From NCBI GenBank assembly GCA_047495785.1, contig JBLDXI010000009.1, positions 1,612,001-1,676,000 on the forward strand: a stretch of DNA of 64,000 bases, given 5' to 3'. The DNA is from Lepidodermella squamata. Lineage: Eukaryota; Animalia; Gastrotricha. Below are positions 25,692 to 37,601 of the stretch, piece after piece (position 1 is the stretch's first letter; each line of letters begins with the position of its first letter). The notes under the pieces are model-generated. The model searched no databases. It was not told the origin of the DNA and was given only the letters and a program-made list of their open reading frames with translations. The translations under genes were made by a program, and so were the position numbers.

Positions 25692-25952
25692 TCAAAACGG
25701 ATATCTCCGTCTTCTACCAAATTTTGCATGCCTATAGAACGCGAGCTGCTCTTACACGTGGTTTAAGATTTGAGGTGGGCAACCCAACTGTTGTTACGAT
25801 ACAAAAACCTCGTTTTCACCATGGTTTTACTTATTTTGATGATATCAAGACTGAGCAGCAATTGCCCACCTCAAATCTTATACCACGTGAAAGAGCAGCT
25901 CGCGTTCTATAGGCATGCAAAATTTGGTAGAAAACGGAGATATCCGTTTTGA
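25692..25952. mobile_element. Palindromic MITE-like element (~90-nt arms)
   Basis: tcaaaacggatatctccg...gcatgcctatagaacgcgagctgctct...agatttgaggtgggcaa is mirrored almost perfectly at 25862-25952. Confidence 0.8.
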
Positions 25953-25987
25953 AAACGCACTTCTATAATAATGCCCCCTCAGATTCA

Positions 25988-26487
25988 GTGATTTAAAGAA
26001 GGAGCTGAGCTCAAAAAGGAGCTGAGCTCAATGGAGCTGAGCTCTAACGGAGCTGAGCTCCCTGAATACCGCGCGCGGTCAATTCAAAGGCCAAGTTCAT
26101 GGAACAATGTCGGTTTTAATACCAAAGTATAGATCGTTCAATTCTCTATCGACTGAATATAGGTTTGTCGCTCGAAAAACTAAACAGAAAAAAGTTAAGT
26201 TGGTAAATAAATTAATGCCATTTGCGCGCACTCTCAAGCGATATGCACACTTAAATACGCAATCTAGCATGGGCGTAAAACTTTTTCTGATTGATTTTTT
26301 CCATCGAGAAATCTACATTCGATCGATAGAGAATTGAACGATCTATATTTTGGTATTAAAACCGACATTGTTCCATGAACTTGGCCTTTGACTTGACCGC
26401 GCGCGGTATTCATGGAGCTCAGCTCCGTTAGAGCTCAGCGCCATTGAGCTCAGCTCCTTTTTGAGCTCAGCTCCTTCTTTAAATCAC
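25988..26487. mobile_element. Foldback/MITE with ~180-nt terminal inverted repeats containing 4x GGAGCTGAGCTC subrepeats
   Basis: gtgatttaaagaaggagctgagctc... (25988) and ...gagctcagctccttctttaaatcac (26487) are near-perfect inverted repeats around a non-coding core. Confidence 0.9.
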
Positions 26488-26514
26488 CAAGTACGGAGCG
26501 GCATTCTATATTAT

Positions 26515-26870
26515 TCAGTTTTTTAAGCACTTTTCTAAAAGATTACGATGCTTGATTAAATAAGGCTGCCAGACGCATGAGGCATATAGTAGGTTGGGTA
26601 AGACATAAGAATTGAAAGCACGAATTAGAACTGAGTGATTTCTGGTGGAAAAAGAGTTCAGGATCAAACCACAAAGGCGACGGCTTTTAGCGTATAGTTG
26701 GTTGCAGTGAGACGAGAAGGTCAACCTGCTATCTATGATGACGCCAAGATCGCTAGTTTCTGTCACCGAGTTGATAATGTGAGAACCGAGTAGATAATTA
26801 TGGAGTAAGTTCTTAGATCCAAGACGAAGAATGAAACATTTTTTAAGATTAACTGATAGTATTTTAAGAT
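26515..26870 (-). mobile_element. CR1/L2-clade LINE reverse transcriptase C-terminal fragment
   Basis: LSVNLKKC...DLGVIIDSRLTFSSHC...A.R.CGLI...F...L.RAFNSYVLPNLLYASCVWQP is the typical RT-end/thumb region of CR1/L2/Jockey-type elements; truncated at both ends. Confidence 0.85.
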
Positions 26871-27123
26871 ATATGACCGCATCCACGATTACGAGTGTAT
26901 CTACATCAGAAGTTAAACATCGAAGTCACATCACACATCGCATCAGCCATCAGCCAAAGACCGCAAGCGCCAAAAGTTATCGCTCCAAAGGGTAGCTTTG
27001 AAAGCCTGGGCCACAAAATTCGCAAATTTAAATGTCCCGGGTTTAAATGTTGACATTTTTATAACATTTTTTATTAAAATATAACAATATAAACAAAACG
27101 GTGATATTCGAATATTTCAATTT

Positions 27124-27340
27124 ATGGTTGCCGCATGCTTTTTCGGCCGGCGCTAAGCTGGGGGTGTTGGCGATCATGATGGGCCGACTAGGCTGTTTTC
27201 TTGGTCTGATCTGGGCTGCTGAAGTTCCGCATCCCAGTGGCGTAGATGAGGGGTCGCGAGCAGCCCCAGTGGACCTTCCACTAATCAAACACATGGCTGA
27301 CCAGCTTCGCTGCTCTTCTGGCTACCATTTGACAACATCC
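27124..27340 (+). ncRNA. Candidate structured RNA in the 5' intron/outron of VPS33B
   Basis: GC-rich island in AT-rich flanks; several hairpins using G-U pairs on the + strand; last hairpin tcaaa..ccag/ctgg..tttga followed by ACA; family not identified. Confidence 0.35.
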
Positions 27341-27468
27341 TTCAGACATTGTTTGTGATTTGATGCCGCAGGATCTGAAATTGAAGAGCTATTTCTACTT
27401 CATTGTATATTTATTATGCTTATTGCATGATTTTATTAGGTCGGAGGACTTAATTAAAGCGTTGTATT

Positions 27469-29462
27469 ATGGCTGCACCGAAACCACCCGTTGACTATCA
27501 GTTGATAGAAACAAATTGCTGCATGCGTCTTCGGTATATAATGGCCGAGGAATTGTCTGGGAAAAAGTGCTTAGCTATTCAAAATGAGTTTTTTCGTAAG
27601 TAATGACTTGACATGTAAATACTGTGACATGGTAATTTTTTTCCTCACAGCTATTTTTGATAGGATATCTGCGGGTCTTACGAAGAAACCTAGTGAACAG
27701 CTGAAAATGTGGGAAGTTACCAGCGTCAATCGAATCGACACGAACATGCCTGATGTGAAACCAGAGCAAAAGTATTTGGTTTACTTCATGGCTCCCGTAG
27801 CTAAGAACCTCCAGGTCTTAGTCAACCACATGAAAAATCAGCGACAGTTGCTGAGCAATTTGACGGCTAAATTCGTTGTCATATTTTATCCTCAAAAGCT
27901 ATCATTTTGTGACTACTTCATCGAGCAAGCTGGTTTATGGGACGAAGTTACGCTTTATGACCTCGGTTTGAGTTTCGTTCCTATTGAAAAAGACATATGG
28001 AGCTACGAATCGCCATTTATATTCCAAAACATGTTTCTTGAGGGCGATCTTAGTTGGGTTGGTGTTATTTCTCGCGCGTTGTTGACCCTTCAAAATCAAG
28101 ATGTATATGGAAACTTTTCGCGAATTTGCGGCATCGGAAAATACAGTTCTATGATTTACAACTGCCTGAAACAAATGCAGGAAGCTCGGGGAAGCTATAA
28201 AAAAGTTGGCGGAATTTCTGAAATACACACCGTTGTACTCATCGACCGAGATGTAGATTATGTTACGCCTTTAATCACAGCGCTGACCTATGAAGCTGCT
28301 TTGGACGAAGAATACGGGATTAAATGTGGATTGCTTAAGTACGCCGAATCAGGCCCCGCTAATGGAGAGGAACAAAAACTCAAGGCCATGATGTTCAATA
28401 GTTTTCAACCGCACGTTGACGAGATTCGGAATCTGCACATCTCAGTAACGCTAAAGCATTTACTCGCTATAGGCAACCGTCTCAGCCAGGGTGAAAAAGA
28501 GGTTGCAGAAATAGGCAGCGTCTCGAAGCTAAAAAACTTTGTCGACAAGCTGCCGGATCATCTGAAGGAGAAGTCCTTCATCACGTCACATTTCGAACTG
28601 TTGTCCAGAATTATTGAGGGACGAGGAACAAGGCAACTGGCCGAACAACTTCAAATAGAACACAGTTTGGCTAAGCAAATTAATACAAGTGACTGCCTTG
28701 GCGCGATCGAAGACATGGTTTCGAACGGTGTCGGTGCCGACACTCCCGACTGGGCTATTTGCTTGCGGCTCGCATGTCTTGCAGCATTAACTAATGATGG
28801 ATTGTCAGCTGGAGATTTCGCTCGATTTACTTCCGCATTTTTCGCCACATTTGGCGCTAAGATTTTGTACACATTGAAGCGGCTGGAACAAGCTGGTTTA
28901 TACTATGAATCAATCGCAGCTTCAGCGCCTGCTCCTGTTCGCCAACTTGTTAGTGCTGCTGCTAAATCTGCAAATCCAGGCAGCTCCTGGTCCTATAAAA
29001 ATGCTTCCAAACGATTACCACTTGCTCCACCTGCTGAATTCAATTTACCTGAAGGCGACAACGTTACAGAGCCATCTTATATATTTAATGGAGCTTACGT
29101 ACCAATCACCGCTAGGTGCGTTCGGATTACAATTTTATAAATTGTTTCTGTAATTTGATGATTTTAGATTGGTTGAATACTTCCTTACATTACCTGCCGG
29201 TCAACCTCCTGCCGAAGATTTGGCCAGTTGTTTAAAATACAAGCCATTCCTGTATGATATTTCCGCCTCTATGAGAGGAACAGGAGGCCAACAAGTTCTT
29301 TCATCTTGGCCTAAAACTGCTTTAGTTGTGTTTGTTGGTGGCGCAACGTTTGCCGAAGTCGCCGCTTTACGTCTGCTGGGCAAACGTCGCGGCTGTCAGG
29401 TCACTGTCGCAACAACTGCTATGCTCAACGGCAAATCATTCATGAGTCAATTCATATCTTAA
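27469..29462 (+). CDS. VPS33B: Sec1/Munc18 family protein VPS33B-like
   Basis: GKKCL.I...PIFDRI N-terminus, LIDRDVDYVTPL...LTYE..LDE.YGIKCG, SYIFNGAYVP, VVFVGGATFAEVAALR..G...TTAMLNG; introns at 27597-27650 and ~29116-29167. Confidence 0.9.
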
Positions 29463-29636
29463 GATGTCTGTTTTAATTCAAACTAAGTGATTATTTGATT
29501 TTCCTATCTGGTGCAATGCGTTTGGCCTTGAAAGAGCTACATACCATATTTTAAAGAAATTCGAGAAGTGATAATGAACAATAATTTATTTCTTTGTCCA
29601 TCTTTAATTTTCTAGAGCTTTTATTAAAGAAATATC

Positions 29637-29789
29637 ATGGCGCAAAACCAAGTCGTAAAATCGATCAAGTCACTCTACCAAGATCCTTTCAAGTGGTCGC
29701 TCATCAAAGGTGTTGTTGCATTCGGTGTCGCTATTGTCGTCGCTCGTTCTCTTGCAAGCAATCCCGAAGTGACTGGAAATGTAGTCTGA
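29637..29789 (+). CDS. TOMM6: 50-aa mitochondrial import receptor subunit TOM6-like
   Basis: MAQNQVVKSIKSLYQDPFKWSLIKGVVAFGVAIVVARSLASNPEVTGNVV*; D-x-F...LI...F..G/A.V.AR.L pattern of the TOM6 TM segment; own upstream acceptor (ttttctag). Below the ORF-track size cutoff. Confidence 0.7.
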   Translation: MAQNQVVKSIKSLYQDPFKWSLIKGVVAFGVAIVVARSLASNPEVTGNVV

Positions 29790-29887
29790 TCAACGCAGAG
29801 CAGCAAACAATCAATCCTTTTACTCTTTTGTTGCCGATTAAAGTCATATTGGCTTTACCTTGTTTCATTAAATTGTAGGGTTTTAAA

Positions 29888-30571
29888 ATGCAGTCGCATA
29901 ATGTTGGATTCGCCATGCCTCCGTTATCTGCCAGAAGTGAATTTAGTGGCTATGGCGCTTTGGGCCAGCCTCCGAAACAGCACATCCAAGACTTTAAGCC
30001 TGGAATAAACATCGTGTCGAATTTGCCGCTCCAAATGGCGATATATTTCAACAGTTTCTACTTCCCATTTTGGCTGCTTTCGTTTCTGATTTCTTTCATT
30101 ACAAAAATCGGCACCTTGGAACAAGTTTACCAAGTAACTATTGGAGCCTGTCTTGTGACGATGGCCCTTGTTGAAGGACCCCGGCTTTACTTCGGGTACG
30201 CTGGAAACCTTAAAGAAGCTGTAAGTTCATCTTTTAATGTTGTAGTTTGACTCTATATTCGAAATTTGTTGCAGATTTCTCAATTGGCTGGATTTTGGCT
30301 GTTAACCATGCTGATTCAGTTGCCACTGGTTTCATTCCTACTTTTCAACCCCGATACAAAGAGCCTGCCATTCGAGAGTGCCAATCATATTGTTTACTTC
30401 GTTTTCGTCTTGGCTGAAGTTATTTTCGGCCTCAACACCATTACGACCATGGTACGTGAGCAGACTAATCGTTTCCGAATTCGCTATCTTATCCACGAAA
30501 TTCCGGACCCTGTTCATTTCGACGACAAGGACGAGCCTGAGGAAGAAGAACTGGCTGAAGATGCTCAATGA
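29888..30571 (+). CDS. TMEM17: Ciliary transition-zone transmembrane protein TMEM17
   Basis: IVSNLPLQMAIYFNSFYFPFW...E.PRLYFGYAGNLKE / ISQLAGFWLLT.LIQLP; intron 30221-30273. Confidence 0.9.
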
Positions 30572-31016
30572 TTAAAACTGGATCTCATTTCGTTTTTGTG
30601 ATATTTCCGCTTTTTCACTGAATTTTTTGCACTGTGTTTAGAATCACAATAAAAATTTCCATAATTTTCATTTGTTTTACTGTTCCAATGACTCGCGAAG
30701 ATAAATAATACATATGTTACTAATCAACACCGAAAATCACATTGCAATGGCAATACAATATGACGATAGATTCCGACTAAACACCGATAAAACCCGAAAA
30801 TTTAGGCAAGTCGGGATGCGATGAAGCAAAGGAAAGTGAAAAATAGGATTGCGGCGTTTGAGCGACAGATATATGTCATCATCAATGTGGTCCTTATAAC
30901 AAACAATGCGTCAGAATCAACGTGAAACATCGAAGGGCCAACGTAGTGCACAAAATTGACCATTGAAGACAAAGTTACATTATTTCAGCATATCTAGTCA
31001 GCTAATTTCGAGTTAA

Positions 31017-32388
31017 TTATCGCCGCTTTTTGCATATGCGGGCGTGATACGACTGAGCAAGTGAGTTGATAATCGACAGGGCAAAGTAAATCAGCATGAG
31101 GGTCACCAGGCCGCCGAAAATTGCACCAATGAGTGAGCCGCTCCCAGAATCACCTTGAGAGCCACCCGTGTGCAAATGAGAGCGCTGCTTTTCCAGATAC
31201 TAGGAAGAAAACGTATTAAACAGCTGGCAAGAAATTTTTAGTTAATTCACTTCTCTGAATGGCTGTTCCACTTTTTCGCCGAATCCACCAGGAATACGAC
31301 CGATAAGACTGATTACACTTTCTACGTGGTGTTCCGAGAAGAGAAATATCACAAACAGCTGCTGAATATGCATTTTTATAACGGCTTTCCCAATAGCAGT
31401 AGCTCCGAAAAACGTCGCAAATGGTACGAGGAAGTGGCCGCAAGTAATACCTGGTAGGTTAATAATAGTTATAGAAAAAATGAAATTTAAAAATACAGCA
31501 AGTCATACCAGCTAAGTCAAACAGTGGATTAGGTATTGAAGCACAAGCTAGAATGCCCCAGAAGCCAACTGTAGTAATCAGCCACTGCACTTTAAGCTTC
31601 ATTCGATCCAACAGACTCAGTTCTTGTGGGTTAGCTTTGGCCTTCTGTTCGAGCTCTAGTAATTCATCTTCGCTATCTTCCTCATCAGGATCTCTCTTTC
31701 CAGAAAGACTTGCCGCGCGAGCCATGAAGTAAGGAGGTAGTTCTCCGATGGCTGTTCCAAGACCCCACATCATAGCTTCCAGCCTCACTTTGCTCATTAT
31801 TGTCCAAATAGATATTTGCTCTTTAACAATTTCGCCGACAGCTTCGGGGCAAATAACGTCATCAGGATAAGGCGGCTCTGGAAAATTGGTGGATGAGCAT
31901 TCGTATGCTGCGAGTGTCACACGAGCGATGTGAGGCCCGAGATATAATACGAACGTATGAAGCCCTGTACCGAGTCCGATTGACGACAGGACGCCCAGGA
32001 ACACCCACCATAACGACCAGAGGATTTGTTTTCGCAGATAAACAAAAAAATGATGATCCGCAAATTCCAGATAATGGTAGGCTGAAGCAAAAGTAATCAA
32101 GATAGTGGCTAGAATCAGCAATTGCGGCCAGAAAGGTGTCAGCCGTTGAATGGCATCGCGGACCAAGCATAAAAGTTCCATTATGAAGTACTGAACGGTC
32201 GTCAAGGGACGGCGCCAAATGACGATGCCCTCACGCTCTTCGCGTTGACGCTTGGCTAAATCCTTATTATGAGTAACTGACTGAGCGCCATTAGCTTTTG
32301 GAGAAGTTCGCTGCTCGGCACTCCTCAAATTATACCTTGGAGATTTTGTTCCATTATCCGAAGCGTTCCGCGTTCCGCCTCGAGGCAT
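31017..32388 (-). CDS. VMP1: Vacuole membrane protein 1
   Basis: [67 protein letters not shown]; 3 coding exons. Confidence 0.96.
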
Positions 32389-34282
32389 TTAAAGTTTAAC
32401 TATGGCAATCAAAATTTATGAGTTCACTGTATACTGTATTTCCAAAATTCAAACTATCGGGATGGATGAGAGTATGTATGTTAGACCCTGGCACCAGTTC
32501 TGGTGATTTGACAGGGCTTGGGCTGATAGTTAGACCTGTCACCGACGATTCAATGTTATGCGCCGAGATGGCACAATGGGATACAAAACAATAAATTATA
32601 AAAATAGAGCTATGATCTATTTGGTCCAAATCGAGGACAATTTCCTAATCAAGATTAGCAAGAACTTGGTTAGGGGAATGAGAAAGGGAGAGGGGAGATT
32701 GAGGAAAATGGAATTTCTTTTGATAAGCTCAGTCGTCAGTTGCCGATGACAGTACCCAGGACATTATTTTAAAGATCAGAACCCGAGTAAGAGTACACGA
32801 GTAAAAGGGGCATCAGGATCAGGAATTACGATTTCTCCTCGCCCTGACAGACTCAAGCTTTCGCCATAAGGCGGAGCTAGTGAGAAAATCGCGAGCTTAC
32901 GCTCTAGGAAAGTTTGATCTGGTTTACTAACTAAACTAAAAAATATAAATCACTGACATTTCCTCATGGTTAACGTCCCGCAGCTTACACGAATGAAAAT
33001 GAAAGAATTAGAGCGCCGAGCGCCCGAACTTGACTAATTTAAAATTTAAAGACTTTCTCATGCGTCGTGCGTAACAGACAGCAGATCAAGCGGCTTTCGA
33101 GGCCCCATTCCTCATCTTTCATCACCAATTTATCATCTCTCATCTTGGCTAAAAACCAAGGTGCGTCGTTGCCAAACGATTCTCCGGATCTCAAATATAT
33201 CCGATTTGAGCATCATGCGTGAGACGCGCGGTCACTTTCGGAAATTTTCTTGACAGAAACATTGTTTAATAATGTTGTACACCTTTATAAAGATGAAAAT
33301 ATAGTTTATGAAATATCTGATATTTTTTTGGCGGGCTATTGTGTTTGAGCGGCCTCTTTGTTCAGCCTCTGTCTCCAGGCGGGTTCGTGAAACGCTTGCG
33401 AAACACCTTACCTCGACCCTCGACGATAATTGTCCAATTGTTCCGCGCAGACCTGCAACGCAATTGTTGTACACCGACCTTTAACCAAACTGCAAACCAT
33501 TTTTGACTCTGAAAAGTTGCACATGGAAGGAATAAGATTGGGTTTCGTTATCTAACTTTCTTCCACTGCCCTCAGAGGTTACAGTTTATTTTTACTCTCT
33601 GAGACACGGCAATAGAATCGAACAGCCTTTTGACTTTTCTATTGCCTTATCCTACCATGTTCACAGGCTCGGAAATTCCGCTACACTGGTCCCGCGGTTA
33701 TTGCTGTGGGAGTGCGCTGTGCTATTTAGATCCAGGATTCAGGCTTAAAACTCTTACTCACGAAATGCCAAACGGTCGCTCGAGGATTAGATAGTGATTA
33801 ATCTGTGTTGTCTCTTCTTACTTTCTGATGTGAACCGCTTATTGATAAAATAAAGGTTTATCGCTTATTCTTGTGTGAGTACTGGTCATCAACTTTTAGA
33901 CCCATGCTTCATTCTTAATAATAATGTTTGGGTACATTCGCATGACTCACTTAGTTAGTATTTAGTATCTGATATCTTATGTTACATTAATTAGATTTTT
34001 TGCCCTACTTCAAACCCCACAGTACGTTATTGGTTACAACTTTCAATCTCTGAAAATACCAGTGAGTTCGCGGTCTTCGTTCTTGAATAAAATGCAATTG
34101 ATTAGAGTAGCTGTTTTTGGTCGTTAGCTGTGAATTATTGGTGCCTGGACTTCGTCGGCTAAAGGCGGCGTTCTATGTTGAATTCTTCGCTCAATGCTTC
34201 ATCAATGCTTCGCTCACTGTCTAGTCATTTACTGTCTTTTTATTAGAAATGTATTATTGTAAATGTTAATTGATTCGAAGCT

Positions 34283-37200
34283 ATGTCCTGTTGTGATTCT
34301 CGGGACGATCGAGTGCTACGGGTTTTCCCCGAAGAAGAGAGGTATCTATTTGATGACTGGGAAGTATGTCAGCATTTGAGATTATTTGATTTCAGCGGAA
34401 CCTCCTACATTAACACCGCATATAATTTGCTTCAAAATGTCGTGAATCGTCAGCAAGGATCGGTAAAGCTTTATTTCTTCTTATTGTTGCTTCCTTCATA
34501 CGATGTTTTAAGGGCGAGAGCAGCGGTGTCGTTCAAGCCAAGGAGAGGGTCGTATGGACTAAAATTGACAGGTGGAATGCTTGTCAAGGTGAGATATCTG
34601 CTGGATTTTGTTGTTTCGGCCTTACTTACTCATGTAATAGATTGCATTAGCAATGCCAAATTATCCGAAGCAGCTGTTGGCAAGCAACCTTTTTTTCTTA
34701 TTACTATTGCGCTCGAAAATTCTCTTCAGTTGTGGCTATTATACGTAAGGAATTTCCAAAAGTGACACTTCATCTTCATTATTTAATCTTGTTCTCTGCA
34801 GTCCAATGGTGCATGCGATCTTGTTTGCTCCCTAGGTGGAGAAGATATTAGAGTGTTTCAACATCTCACGTGTCCAAAGAAAGGCTGCAGAAAACGATTC
34901 GGGCCTTTGGCTATTAAAGTCAGCGCCAATGTTGGACTCGAAGTTGCAAGCTTCTTGAATCTTCGTTCATTCGATGAGATTGAAAAAATACAGCTGCCCA
35001 AACATATACTGGGCGTTCTTAACAACGAGAGCTATATCGCATTGGCTGTTGCGGAGGAAATATTTGTTTATACCAACGATGAGAATTTTACGCGCCTATT
35101 TTCGATTTCGTCGTGCTATCACGATGTTGCGCTAAACACAAATCCAATGGCTCTTGGCACACAGTAAGTTTGATCTCATTATCAAGACTTGAGATGATGA
35201 CACGATGTAAAATTAGGTGGCTCGCATTCGCCGATGCTCGGCTGGTTCACCGATACGAGTGCGGGGGCGGCGTGTCTGTCGACGTCAGCTCTCAGCTGTC
35301 TTACACTTCGGTTCTAATATCTGGCGCGCAGACCCTAGCAAAGGGATTAATATCTATAACTGGATCAATTACTGCTGCTTTGACGCGATCCCCGTCTAAC
35401 AGTCCTGGAATCGGATCGCTAGCTACGGCATCGCCAGACTTGGTGGGAGACTCGCCATTGTCAATGTCGGCAGGCACTCCGCCGTCGGGAAATTTCCTAA
35501 CTGCACCTGGCGTTGAACAAAACGGACATTACATGTCAATACTGTCCCAACAAGCTTCAAAGCACCCAGGAGTAGTTACAATTGTCAATTGCGCACAGTT
35601 CGCAGCGGCTCGCGCTAAGGGAAATCGCGAAGCTGCGTCAGGGCTTGTTGCCCATTTCCCTGCTCACACCGGTGCTCCGTTAGCGTTTCTTCAATTTTCA
35701 GCAAACGGCTCGTTGCTAGCGACGGCGGACACGGCCGGTCGCGAGTTCAACGTCTTCCGAATTCTGGCGCACCCATCAAGCGTTTCACTAGCAGCCGTAC
35801 ATCACCTATACTCGCTCCACCGAGGTGATACGACCGCATCTGTCGTCGAAATGTCGTTTAGCCCTGATAGCAGGTGGTTGGTAGTTGGGACGCATCGAGG
35901 AACAGCTCATGTCTTCCCTATCACACCCTACGGCGGGTCAATAACGAGGCGCACTCATTGCAGAAAGAAGGTGCCAAATCGATTCTCTCGATATCATCAG
36001 TCTGCTGGGTTGGACACCCTTCAAACAACCGCGCCTGTGGTTGCGAATGGTCGTTTTCAGCCGCAGGGCCAGGGAATGATTGGCTCGCCCAGATCGAACC
36101 CTTCACCATTAGGTGGCGCATTTCCGGCCTCGAGTTCTCCGAAAATGTCGCACATCCCGATGCCGAGTTTGAACCCTGGATTACAACCCAGTTTGGCTGG
36201 TGGTGGCGCCGGGCCAGTCGCCTACCCGAGTAGGCTCAACGCCCGTCTACCGCCATACCCGCACCCGGTCCAGGTTCGAGCAATGTACCAAATCAAGCAG
36301 ATCATGTCAATACCCGGTCTCGATCTAGTCAACACGCCGGCGCCAGGCGGACCCGCTGGCTACAACGGCTTAACCAGTTTATCAAGTTCGCTGCCGACTA
36401 ATACGGGCAGCTCTATGGGGTCCTTGTCAGTCGCTGTGAACAATTTACTGCCGACTGGTATGGCTGCATCTATTTCGATGGCGTTCAGCCCAAATCCGAT
36501 TTTCCGCGCCCCATCTCAACTCATGTCAGCAGCTGCGTCGCTTAGCAGTTTGACCGGTAGTGGGTTGTCGAGCTCGTTGAATGGGGTGTCTAAGTCGCTC
36601 CCACCATCGCTGGCTTCAACCTCACTCTGCTTGGTCACCTGGCAGGGGGATTTGATTGAGTACAAGTTATCACCGCGGGTTGCACAGAACATCCCTCCGG
36701 AAAAATTGAGCCAGGATTCGCCTATTGAGGTGGATTGTGAGTCTGTGGCTCGGTGGCCACTGGTCGCTCATCTTCAGGCGGCTGGCTCTGTTGGAGGCGT
36801 TCCTGGGCCGTTATACTCTCACGTGGACGTTTCATCGGTCTGCCCATGTGCGATAGTATTCGGCCGATCGTCACCCTGCGACCGCACGGCGGAAAATTGT
36901 GAGAATTGCCCGACGTCGAAGCACTCGGCGAAAGATGCGCTGGAAAGTTTGACCCCTGATGGCTGGATCGCTCAGGTTGAGACATTCACCTGCAGCTCGC
37001 CGTCCCGTCGACTTTGGTCGGGTCCGCAGTTTTCCGTTCACCAGTACACGCCTGGTAGGCTTGATTCTGCGGCGTCTTTCAGCCCGAGGCCTTCAGCCAG
37101 TTCGATAACTGGCGATTCGATTGGCAACCTCCCGTCGCGAACGTCTCTCTCTACCAGCCCGAACGTTTATCAGAGTGAAGATTCTGCTTTCGGTGAAGAG

Positions 37201-37601
37201 TAAGTCGTTTTTATTTATTCCACAAATTTTTCAATTTTTATGAATTTAGACGAGCTATTACGCCGCCATCTAGCGCGAGCAGTAGCGCGAGTGGGTCTTT
37301 GGTGACCCTCCCAGCTGCCGCTCTAACAGCTGCGACCACAGAGCCGGAAATTACTGTAACTAGCCCTGTTGATATCCAACCTACTACGAGCGCCAAATCA
37401 CAAAAGCAAAACAAAAAGAACAAGAAAAAGAACAACAACAACAGCAATGGTGGGCAGACGAATGGTAACAACAACTCGAACAACGGCAAGGATGCTATCG
37501 CTATCATTGAGGCATACTCGGGCCCTGTGGAGGCCGCCGTATCGGATAAAAACGTCGAGACGGAATTGCTAGCCGCAGCCGTGCAAGACTTCCAATTTTG
37601 A
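34283..37601 (+). CDS. BCAS3: BCAS3 WD40/PROPPIN-like autophagy and microtubule protein
   Basis: NPMALG.RWLAFAD, VAHFPAH...LLATAD..G.EFNVFRIL.HP...VHHLYSLHRGDT.A.V....FSPDSRW...THRGTAHVFPI.PYGG, RFSRY.QSAG, WIAQVE.FT...P.RRLW.GPQF; several short 5' exons. Confidence 0.93.

Noticed and set aside
32660-32676. CCCTAACC on the minus strand as a telomerase RNA template
   Set aside because: No convincing pseudoknot or CR4/5 element follows; an 8-nt match is expected by chance.
32418-33090. Circularly permuted RNase P RNA on the + strand (TGAGTTCA and CCAAAATTCAAACTAT at 32418-32457 upstream of AAGCTCA and GGAAAGTTTGA at 32725 and 32907)
   Set aside because: CR-IV and CR-V each miss a conserved A, P3 cannot be formed sensibly, and the would-be S-domain coincides with minus-strand intron signals; short AT-rich matches are probably chance.
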